Positions 8,539 to 16,512 of a stretch of DNA of 30,339 nucleotides are shown here, in pieces. Source of the DNA: Pseudomonadota bacterium (GTDB lineage Bacteria > Bdellovibrionota_B > Oligoflexia > Oligoflexales > CAIMVM01). Position numbers and translations under genes: made by a program. Every line of letters begins with the position of its first letter. Position 1 is the first letter of the stretch. Below the pieces are notes generated by a model. That model made no database searches, was not told the origin of the DNA, and worked only from the letters and a program-made list of their open reading frames with translations. The stretch covers positions 1 to 30,339 of the forward strand of contig JBAXBA010000039.1 of the NCBI GenBank assembly GCA_037142195.1, written 5' to 3'.

Positions 8539-10719
8539 ATGAAAACAACGTATGAAAATCATGCGCCATCCACTGGCAATAAACCTATTCGGTTGCCTGT
8601 GTCCGAATTTTTCGGTGAACTTACTTTGACGCTAGGTCAGATTCGAAGCAGGCTTGCTTCTGAAGAATTCCTAGACCTCCAAAAATGTCTCGACCACAAA
8701 AAGAAAGTTCAGCCAAAAACCGCTGATGCTATAGCACAAATCATAAAAGAATGGGCTATTTCCAAAGGTTCCACTCATTTCTGCCATTGGTTTCAACCCA
8801 TGAATGGTATGACGGCAGAAAAGCATGATGCCTTTATTGCCATGCAGTCCACCTCGATTCATGTGGGTACAGTTATTGAGCGCTTTTCTGGCACTCAATT
8901 AGTGCAAGGGGAACCAGATGCCTCAAGTCTTCCCTCGGGAGGCATGCGGTCTACGTTTGAGGCCAGAGGCTATACCGCTTGGGACCACACATCGTCTTTA
9001 TTTATTGTTGAAAACGGCGGTACGAGAACGCTTTGTATTCCTTCCGTCTTTGTCGGATTTCATGGCCAAGCACTCGACAATAAAACACCTTTGTTGCGCT
9101 CAGTAGAAACTTTAAACGATGAAGCTTGTGAGTTTTTAAAGCTTGTCGGTGACGTTGATGTAAAAGAAGTCTACCCAACCCTAGGGGTCGAGCAGGAGTA
9201 TTTCCTTTTAGAAAGTGAACTGGTTCGCCAAAGACCCGATTTGCTCTTAGCCAAGCGAACGCTTATCGGCGCTGTATCTTCGAGAGGTCAAAAGCTCGCA
9301 GATCACTATTTTGGATCGATTCCAGAGCGTGTTTTGGCTTTTATGGACGAAATGGAAACGACGCTCTATAGACTTGGCATCCCTGTAAAGACACGACATA
9401 ACGAAGTTGCTCCTAGTCAATATGAGATGGCCCCTATATTTGAGCATGTCATTCTGGCAGCTGATCATAATTCCATTGCGATGGAAGTCATGAAACGTGT
9501 CGCTAATCGACACGGACTCGCATGTCTCTTTTATGAAAAGCCCTTTGCGGGGGTAAATGGGTCAGGAAAACATTGCAATTGGAGTTTAGCTAACGATAAG
9601 GGTGAGAATCTCTTAGACCCAGGTAGAACCCCCCATCAGAATCTTCGATTCCTTGCTATTGTTTCCGTTATTTTAAAGGCCCTTTCTGACCACCACAAGG
9701 TGATTTCTGCAAGCATGATGTCTCGAGGAAACGAGTTAAGATTAGGTTTCAATGAAGCCCCACCACAAATTTTCTCCGTCTATTTAGGGGAAGAGCTCGA
9801 GCAAGTTTTTGAATCTTTGACTCTTTTAGATAAGCCCTCAAGTCAGACCAAGCGCGACATAAATCTTGGTATCACACAAATCACCAGTCTGACTCGAGAC
9901 TATGCGGATGGTAATCGTACGAGCCCCTGTGCCTTTACAGGAAATAAGTTTGAGTTTAGAAGTGTCGGTGCTGCGGCCACCGTTGCCTTTCCCATGTCTA
10001 TTGTGAATGCTGCTATTGCCCATGCTCTTAAAGAAGCCAAAGACCGCCTTAAAAGTTACATGAAAGAGACCTCAAATCGCGACGAAGCTGTCATCCGATT
10101 GATACACGAGCTTTATCAAGAGAATAAAGGGATTTTGCACTCCGGAAATAGCTACTCTGCTGCTTGGGAAGAGGAAGCCAAAAGACGTGGGCTTATGGAG
10201 TCCAAAACAACTTATGAAGGTCTTTCCGTACTCTTGGACTCCCGAGAAACAAGCTTTCTCGCCCATACAAAGGTTCTTTCGAGTGAAGAAGTGCTGGCTA
10301 GATACCGAGTTCGCATGGAGCAATACCAAAAAAGACTCGAGATTGAAAATGCTACCTTAGCCGAAATGATCGTAGAATATGTCATTCCAGCTGTTGAGCA
10401 TCAACTACATCTGTCTCTCTCTGTTTTAGAGAAAGCTCTCACTCCCTCTCTAAAGAAAGACCTTAGTAAACGCATCGAAGATATCGAGGGCATTTATTTG
10501 GGGCTGCTTAAGGGCGTTAGAGATTTAAAGCATTTTAACGAAAATCCCATCTCGAATGAAAGTTATGAGCTCCACGCTGTAAAAACCTATCACGCAGAAA
10601 CAAAAGCTATTTCCGACGCTCTTCGCTACCAGGCTGATCAAGCTGAGCGAGTTGTTTCTGGAGAGTTTTGGAAACTACCACGCTATCGTGAATTGTTATT
10701 TTCTCACCGTCTACGCTGA
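8539..10719 (+). CDS. glnN: Glutamine synthetase type III
   Basis: THFCHWFQP, AEKHDAF, QGEPDASS.PSGG.RSTFEARGYTAWD, EQEYF, HNEVAP.QYE.AP, EKPFAGVNGSGKH.NWS, AFTGNKFEFR; 726 aa. Confidence 0.95.
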   Translation: MKTTYENHAPSTGNKPIRLPVSEFFGELTLTLGQIRSRLASEEFLDLQKCLDHKKKVQPKTADAIAQIIKEWAISKGSTHFCHWFQPMNGMTAEKHDAFIAMQSTSIHVGTVIERFSGTQLVQGEPDASSLPSGGMRSTFEARGYTAWDHTSSLFIVENGGTRTLCIPSVFVGFHGQALDNKTPLLRSVETLNDEACEFLKLVGDVDVKEVYPTLGVEQEYFLLESELVRQRPDLLLAKRTLIGAVSSRGQKLADHYFGSIPERVLAFMDEMETTLYRLGIPVKTRHNEVAPSQYEMAPIFEHVILAADHNSIAMEVMKRVANRHGLACLFYEKPFAGVNGSGKHCNWSLANDKGENLLDPGRTPHQNLRFLAIVSVILKALSDHHKVISASMMSRGNELRLGFNEAPPQIFSVYLGEELEQVFESLTLLDKPSSQTKRDINLGITQITSLTRDYADGNRTSPCAFTGNKFEFRSVGAAATVAFPMSIVNAAIAHALKEAKDRLKSYMKETSNRDEAVIRLIHELYQENKGILHSGNSYSAAWEEEAKRRGLMESKTTYEGLSVLLDSRETSFLAHTKVLSSEEVLARYRVRMEQYQKRLEIENATLAEMIVEYVIPAVEHQLHLSLSVLEKALTPSLKKDLSKRIEDIEGIYLGLLKGVRDLKHFNENPISNESYELHAVKTYHAETKAISDALRYQADQAERVVSGEFWKLPRYRELLFSHRLR

Positions 10720-10838
10720 ACCCATCAGGGTTGCGTTCAGATTTAAAATATAAGAAGAAACGGGAGATACTATGACCCTTAAAAAAGGAGCTAAAATCTA
10801 AGAAACCAAATCTGAGAGACACAAGATGTCAGTTGTTA

Positions 10839-10990
10839 CCTCTCTTGGTGGTTGGTGCCGAAATCGGCACCAACCAGATTTCCTGAGGTTCCACTGAGAA
10901 CTTGATACTATAAACCAAAGTCCAATTTGCGGCGCTTTGGTAACGTTTGCTAAGCACGACTAGATGACCATCTAGTCGATTAGGGGGGAG
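10839..10990 (+). ncRNA. Candidate multi-hairpin structured RNA (unassigned family)
   Basis: Four hairpins (12, 6, 7 and 9 bp) in about 150 nt, a G-U-rich closing helix possible only on the + strand, and a terminator immediately after. Confidence 0.5.
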
Positions 10991-11022
10991 GCGGCCTAGG
11001 TTTTACCTGGGCCGCTGTTTTT
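10991..11022 (+). terminator. Rho-independent terminator
   Basis: GCGGCCTAGGT-TTT-ACCTGGGCCGC followed by TGTTTTT. Confidence 0.85.
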
Positions 11023-11150
11023 AAGTCGGTTTTAAGTTTGAAATGTAAAAGGACAAACAGACAAATGTCCTCTCAAAAAATGCCTTAGTATTCTGGAAGC
11101 TCAACCTGATTTTTGCTCAAAAAAAGAGCACAAGTATTTTTCCACATCTC

Positions 11151-11179
11151 TTGACTAGCCGGCCAGTTAACGTTAGGCT
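11151..11179 (+). promoter_or_regulatory. Sigma70-like promoter of the aminopeptidase gene
   Basis: TTGACT-N17-TAGGCT, about 30 nt before ATG 11209. Confidence 0.55.
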
Positions 11180-11208
11180 TAGACAGAGTTCATTAAAGGA
11201 GCATTACT

Positions 11209-12474
11209 ATGAAAAAAGTGTCGCTTGCTGCGCTGGCCCTGCTTCCTCTTCTTGCCGCTTCTGAAGGTGATCATTTTCAGATCACTCCTAAGGGAGACCA
11301 TTTTTTAGGCGGAAATATCGTCTTTAAAGGTCTTACTAGGGACTTAACCGCTGATAGCTTAGATCAAAAAGAATTTAAAGATCTCTATATTGTAAGACTC
11401 CCCATCCTTCTAAATGTCAAAGACATGTTAAGTACCTACGGCACTATAGTCCAGATCGTCGAACATGATTTTGCTTTAATGCGCATGCAGGAGTCTAGGG
11501 CGGAAAAACTTTCAGGAGCCTTGCACGGAAGCCAGGGTGCTTGTGGAATGGTGATCAAACTAGATGCAGAAAGAGACTTATCTGGACAGCTTTTGGCAGC
11601 ATCTAAGCCCATCTACTCCACTCAGGACATCATCCCCCAAGTTCTAAAAGGGCAAAGCCAAGTAGAACTAAATAACATCAAAAAAGACGTCAGCGATTTA
11701 GAAAACATGGGTACGAGATATCATAAAAGTGAATCTGGCATCAAAGTCCCTTCGTTCTTAAAAGGGCGTTACGAGGCTCTTGCGAACGGAAGATCCGATG
11801 TAAGCATAGATTTCTTTAAGAATCAAAACTCCCCTCAAGATAATATTAGGGTCAGAATTCTTGGAAAAACGAAGCCCGAAGAAGTGGTCGTAATCGGAAG
11901 CCATATTGACTCAATCAATCAGGGTCAACGTGGTGGCATTGCCCCAGGTGCTGATGACAATGCCTCAGGTACCGCCACGAACTTAGAGATATTTAGAGTA
12001 ATAATGAATTCAGGCTGGACCTTTGACCGCACGATTGAAATTCATGGTTATGCTGCTGAAGAAGTCGGTCTCTATGGCTCTGCCAATATGGCCAAAGACT
12101 ATCAACAGCGAAAAGTGAATGTAGTTTCTATGGTCCAATTTGACATGAATATGTATCAAACCTCTAAAGACCTCATTATGTGGTTTGTAACTAATGACAC
12201 GGATTCCTCGTTTAACAAGGAACTTCAAACACTTGTTACTAATTATCAGAAACTTCCCGTGAGCGAAAAAGCGGTTTTTGGGGGCACCTCAGATCACCGT
12301 TCTTGGACTTCCCGTGGATTTAAAGCTGCTTTCCCATTTGAAGATGCTTCCAATTATAACCAAAAAATCCATACTACGGGCGATACCTCAGCCTATTCCG
12401 GGAATTTCCCGTTAGCGGCTGAGTTTGCAAAACTTGGTTTAGCTTATTTTGCTCACTATGCAGGCAAAATTTAA
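11209..12474 (+). CDS. Secreted M28 family (bacterial leucyl) aminopeptidase with propeptide
   Basis: GSHIDS, PGADDNASG, YAAEEVGLYGS, QFDM, SDH, IHT.GD; signal peptide; GGAG RBS. Confidence 0.92.
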   Translation: MKKVSLAALALLPLLAASEGDHFQITPKGDHFLGGNIVFKGLTRDLTADSLDQKEFKDLYIVRLPILLNVKDMLSTYGTIVQIVEHDFALMRMQESRAEKLSGALHGSQGACGMVIKLDAERDLSGQLLAASKPIYSTQDIIPQVLKGQSQVELNNIKKDVSDLENMGTRYHKSESGIKVPSFLKGRYEALANGRSDVSIDFFKNQNSPQDNIRVRILGKTKPEEVVVIGSHIDSINQGQRGGIAPGADDNASGTATNLEIFRVIMNSGWTFDRTIEIHGYAAEEVGLYGSANMAKDYQQRKVNVVSMVQFDMNMYQTSKDLIMWFVTNDTDSSFNKELQTLVTNYQKLPVSEKAVFGGTSDHRSWTSRGFKAAFPFEDASNYNQKIHTTGDTSAYSGNFPLAAEFAKLGLAYFAHYAGKI

Positions 12475-12501
12475 CTTCTTGAATTTCATGAGACTCCTTT
12501 T

Positions 12502-12531
12502 GTCCCTCGCTGCTCCAGCGAGGGACTTTTT
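12502..12531 (+). terminator. Rho-independent terminator
   Basis: GTCCCTCGCTG-CTC-CAGCGAGGGAC followed by TTTTT. Confidence 0.9.
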
Positions 12532-12601
12532 ATTTCAAGGATTCTTAACGCCATATAGTTTGAAAGCGCCCAACAGGTTATATTAGGGGAGGGGGTTTTT
12601 C

Positions 12602-13213
12602 ATGAAACACATTGGCATCTACTACCGAGTTTCCACGGATAAGCAAGACTTAGCCAGCCAAAAAGGCGCCGTTGAAAAGTGGATCGAAGATCTATCTGCT
12701 GCTAAAAAGCCTAAAAAAACGCTCGTTTTTAAAGACGAGGGGATTTCAGGGAAAACAACCAATCGCCCAGGTTTGACAGCCCTTATGGATGCCGCTTTCA
12801 AAGGCCAAATCGACACGATTGTGGTTTACCGATTGGACCGTTTTTCCCGTAATGCTAGTACGGCCATACGTATGATTCTGTCCCTTGATGATGCTGGGGT
12901 TGCCTTCATATCTGTAACCCAACCCGTACTAAACTTGGGCCATGAAAATCCCTTTCGCAGAACCATGCTCGCAGCCTTTGCTGAAATCGCAGAAATCGAG
13001 CGAGACACTATCGTGGCGCGAGTCAGAGCGGGATTAGACGCGGCTAAAAAAAGAGGCGTAAAACTAGGAGCTCCCAAAAAATATGACGATGACCTGATTG
13101 CTGAAGCGCGAAAGCTCAAACTTGAAGGCTGCACCTTTAGAGAGATTTCCAGTAAGCTTTCGATTTCGTTAGGAACGATCTCCAAAATTTTAAAAGAAGA
13201 AACCTTGGCCTAG
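12602..13213 (+). CDS. Small serine recombinase (resolvase/invertase family) with C-terminal HTH
   Basis: YYRVST (catalytic Ser), D.GISG...RPGL, VYRLDRFSR, AEIERD.I..R...G...A...G..LG.P, then an HTH. Confidence 0.93.
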   Translation: MKHIGIYYRVSTDKQDLASQKGAVEKWIEDLSAAKKPKKTLVFKDEGISGKTTNRPGLTALMDAAFKGQIDTIVVYRLDRFSRNASTAIRMILSLDDAGVAFISVTQPVLNLGHENPFRRTMLAAFAEIAEIERDTIVARVRAGLDAAKKRGVKLGAPKKYDDDLIAEARKLKLEGCTFREISSKLSISLGTISKILKEETLA

Positions 13214-13321
13214 CAACGGTTTTAAATATAGAGCATGCTCCTACCAAACCTAGCAAGGTTCCTAAAAACTCTTTTTTAGCTCAAGAGCCGTATACGTCAA
13301 AACAGGAAATAGAGTGATGTT

Positions 13322-13726
13322 TTAGCTTTGAGGTTCCAGGAGCAATTTTTCCAATAGAGCTTTGAGACGGTCTTCATTTAGGGTTTGAATCACAATATGA
13401 GACTCTTCCACGGTGCCACCGCACCCCAAGCTTGATTTCAGTTTGGAACATATCAGCGTCAGCTGCTCCTTGGAAGGGGGGTAGGGCGTAAAGCCAAAGA
13501 CCACCAACACGGGGTGTCCCGAACGGCCTTTGAGTTCTTTTCTAATCTTTGCCTTAAAACCATTCTTGGGAAATACAACATCAGGGGATTTTGGTTTTTC
13601 TTGTGCCTTTTTAGACGCAGACTCCGAACTTCCATTCCTAATTTCCACTTTTTTAACCCCTGGAGCGAGGGACTCTTTAATCCCTCCTTGCCACTCCAAT
13701 TTAATAGGCTTTTTCTTTTCGTTCAT
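13322..13726 (-). CDS. yciH: SUI1/YciH translation initiation factor homolog
   Basis: KGRSGHPV and LKSSLGCGGTVE...VIQ motifs; TGATG coupling to the hemE stop. Confidence 0.85.
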   Translation of the reverse strand: MNEKKKPIKLEWQGGIKESLAPGVKKVEIRNGSSESASKKAQEKPKSPDVVFPKNGFKAKIRKELKGRSGHPVLVVFGFTPYPPSKEQLTLICSKLKSSLGCGGTVEESHIVIQTLNEDRLKALLEKLLLEPQS

Positions 13727-14772
13727 CAATCCTGTTCCTGGTGGACGAAATCTACGAGTTTAGAAATGCTTTCAATGGGGGTGTCTGGAGTAAAACCATG
13801 GCCCACATTAAAGATATAACCCCCATCAAACTTCCGACCCGCCTTCAAAACGTCAAGCGCTTCCCGTTTTAAAGTTTCCCAGTTTGCGTAGAGCCACATA
13901 GGATCTAAGTTTCCCTGGATACAGCGGTGCGCCATCCTTGGATCAAGGGCCACCCTTGATAAAGGTTGTGCCCAATCGATCCCCACTCCTTGGCTTGGAA
14001 GTGTGACCACCTCATCCCAAATCCCAGCCGAGCGATTCACAAAGTGAATGACAGGAACTTTCGCGGAAATATGGCGTATAATTCGTTCTACATAAGGTCT
14101 ACAAAATTCTTTATACATGCTAGGCCCCATGGCCTGGCCCCCCCAGGATTCAAAAAGCTGAATCACTTCTGCACCAGCAGAAATCTGCATTTCGAGATAA
14201 GGGATAGTAGCCTCAGTTAAAATCTCCATAAGTTCTTTAAAAACTGAGGGGTCTTTCATCATTAAACTTTTTACTTTGAAAAAGTTGTCCGAGCTTCCCC
14301 CTTCCACCACATAGCTGGCGACGGTCCAAGGAGCACCAGCAAAACCAATCAAGGTTTGATGTTTAGCAAGTTGGGGTTTGACTCTAGAAAGCGTCTCTCC
14401 GACAAAAGAAAGCTCACTAGCCAGTTTTGACTTCTGACTCAACCGATCGCGCAAAATGGCGAGGTCTTCCTTGGCTCTCACCACATGGGCAAACTTAGGC
14501 CCATCTCCTGGTTGAAAGCTGAGCCCGCACCCCAAGGCATCAGGGATATGTAAAATGTCCGCGTATACAATGGCTGCGTCGACAGGAAAGCGCTTTAAAG
14601 GTTGTAATGTGATTTCTGTCGCCACATCTGGAGTTCTAAACATGTCGTAAGTCTTCATCTTTTCTTTGATCGCTCGATACTCCGGCAGACAGCGACCCGC
14701 TTGACGCATAAACCAAACTGGGGTGACCTTATTCTTCTCCCCCTTTAACGCTTTTAGTATCGGCTTATCCAT
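13726..14772 (-). CDS. hemE: Uroporphyrinogen decarboxylase
   Basis: PVWFMRQAGR.LPEY, DAAI..ADIL, LIGFAGAPWTVASY.VEG, QLFESWG, QGNLDP, IFNVGHG; AAGGAG RBS before ATG 14772. Confidence 0.96.
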   Translation of the reverse strand: MDKPILKALKGEKNKVTPVWFMRQAGRCLPEYRAIKEKMKTYDMFRTPDVATEITLQPLKRFPVDAAIVYADILHIPDALGCGLSFQPGDGPKFAHVVRAKEDLAILRDRLSQKSKLASELSFVGETLSRVKPQLAKHQTLIGFAGAPWTVASYVVEGGSSDNFFKVKSLMMKDPSVFKELMEILTEATIPYLEMQISAGAEVIQLFESWGGQAMGPSMYKEFCRPYVERIIRHISAKVPVIHFVNRSAGIWDEVVTLPSQGVGIDWAQPLSRVALDPRMAHRCIQGNLDPMWLYANWETLKREALDVLKAGRKFDGGYIFNVGHGFTPDTPIESISKLVDFVHQEQD

Positions 14773-14918
14773 AGGCACTCCTTTTCATCAACCAAACCCA
14801 AGCCAGAAAACCTCATTCATAAAAAGATCAAGTCCCTGGCGTTATCTATCCCAACAAAATTCGGACATCCTTGAGTGATTCTTCCAGCTTCCAGCCCTCC
14901 AGTTTAGAGCAGTTGAGT

Positions 14919-16223
14919 CTAATTAGAAACACGATTTTGGGGATTTTCAGCTTCCTCTTCTTTCTCTAAGATCGGAATTTCAATCTTAAACTCAGTTCCC
15001 GGCCGCTCGCCCGCTTTTTCTACAACCCAACTTCTCATGTGAATATGGACCCCAATAAAGTCGCTAAAATATTTCATAATGCTCATTCCAAGCCCAGCCC
15101 CCATCTCCCCTTGAGTGCCTGGAGTGGACAGGACGCCACCGCCGGCCTCTCTCTTTAAAGGCTTTCCGGTCTCCATACCAACCCCATAATCCCTGATAGT
15201 AATCCAATAAGAATTGGCAATTCGATCGAGTTTAATCTTAATCTCGCCACCTGAATGAGAAAATTTAATGGCGTTAGAGATGATGTTTTCAAGGATATTG
15301 ATCTTTAAAATCCCAGGATTCGTCCAAACCTGTTCGCCTCTTTCTTCAGCAGAAAATGTAATTTGTAAGTTCTTTGCTTCTATCATGAGTCGCATCGCTT
15401 CTAGAGTTTCTGAAATGATATCTTTAAGGCAACAGTTCTCACGGTTCAATGCCGTAAGGCCTGCTCTAATTCTATGCATGTCGCTCACTTGCCTCACCAA
15501 AGTAAAAGCTTTTTCAATGCCGCGACTGAGAGAGGTTACTGCCATTGCCGGGAGGGATTGCAGCTGGTTTTTATGAGCGGTAATCATTTCTTCAGAAAAC
15601 TGAATCATGGAGAGGCTATTATTCATGTCATGTATCAAACAACTTAAAAGAATTTTGGTGGAGTGTTCTGATTCGATTAAGTTCTTCTGGAAACGTCCAG
15701 CAATCTCCATGGAAAGTTTGATGAGAGTGATCGACAGAATGATAAGACCAAAAAAACTGACTAACGCCCATTTATAGAAAGTAGAAACGTTGAAATGAGA
15801 AGGATTGTAATCGGATAGAAAGTGAATCGACACAGGTATCAAGGTAACACTGGTAAGCGTCCACCAAAAAAGTTTCGTATTTCGGTCTCGAATGATTAAA
15901 GGAATCACATAGGGCATGATACACCAAGGGGCTAAAACAATCCCATAGGGACCTAAATACACTCCCACCATTAACACGGTAATATTTCCGACAAATAGCA
16001 AGAAATTAGTGAGAGCTAATACTGAGTTTCTTAAAAAAGGAACAAAAATGGGTAATGTAGAGACCAAAGAAGCAAAAAAACAGACTCGTGCTGCATTGTT
16101 TTCGTGAAAACACCAATAAGTAATGGCATAAAACATAAGCAGTAAAGGTGCGATTCGTCCAAGCACTCGTATGCGAAGCTCTTGAATCGACTTAAAAGTA
16201 GCATTTCTAATGGGGGATCTCAC
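14919..16223 (-). CDS. Membrane sensor histidine kinase (orphan)
   Basis: About 5-6 N-terminal TM segments; H-box LIHDMNNSL, N-box ENIISNAIKFS, G1 IRDYGVGM, G2 GAGLGMSI. Confidence 0.9.
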   Translation of the reverse strand: MRSPIRNATFKSIQELRIRVLGRIAPLLLMFYAITYWCFHENNAARVCFFASLVSTLPIFVPFLRNSVLALTNFLLFVGNITVLMVGVYLGPYGIVLAPWCIMPYVIPLIIRDRNTKLFWWTLTSVTLIPVSIHFLSDYNPSHFNVSTFYKWALVSFFGLIILSITLIKLSMEIAGRFQKNLIESEHSTKILLSCLIHDMNNSLSMIQFSEEMITAHKNQLQSLPAMAVTSLSRGIEKAFTLVRQVSDMHRIRAGLTALNRENCCLKDIISETLEAMRLMIEAKNLQITFSAEERGEQVWTNPGILKINILENIISNAIKFSHSGGEIKIKLDRIANSYWITIRDYGVGMETGKPLKREAGGGVLSTPGTQGEMGAGLGMSIMKYFSDFIGVHIHMRSWVVEKAGERPGTEFKIEIPILEKEEEAENPQNRVSN

Positions 16224-16360
16224 GAAAAGATGTTCGCCTCTAATGTAGCTACTATTCCTGAGTTCGTAAATAGAGGAGTCAAGAGCTCAGATCTTCAGTG
16301 CTTACTTAGTACGCATGAAACTTCCTAGCACACCTCGCGAAATTTCAAGTTTGCACAATT

Positions 16361-16410
16361 CTAGAGCTTAAGAAAGCTCAAGAGAGCTATAAAGAGCTCA
16401 TTGATGCTCA
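16361..16410. repeat. Five degenerate 10-bp tandem repeats (core GAGCTCA)
   Basis: ctagagctta agaaagctca agagagctat aaagagctca ttgatgctca; one further copy (aagagctca) at 16281. Confidence 0.7.
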
Positions 16411-16411
16411 A

Positions 16412-16456
16412 TAAAACAAATGATCCCAGCCAAGTTTTAAGTTGGCTGGGATCATT
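16412..16456 (-). terminator. Rho-independent terminator of the repeat lipoprotein gene
   Basis: 15-bp perfect stem AATGATCCCAGCCAA / TTGGCTGGGATCATT, with TGTTTTA following on the minus strand. Confidence 0.85.
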
Positions 16457-16512
16457 ATGGTCACATCATTTCATTCCGTTAACACGCCGTTCTAAAATAT
16501 GTTTCAGAACTA

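Noticed and set aside
10884..10916. GAGGTTC...TATAAA resembling a preQ1-I riboswitch
   Set aside because: There is no complementary CCTC strand for P1 and no queuosine-related gene downstream.
12826..13185. Antisense ORFs over the recombinase (and similar 60-120 aa ORFs opposite other genes)
   Set aside because: They fully overlap well-supported genes on the other strand and have shadow-like composition.
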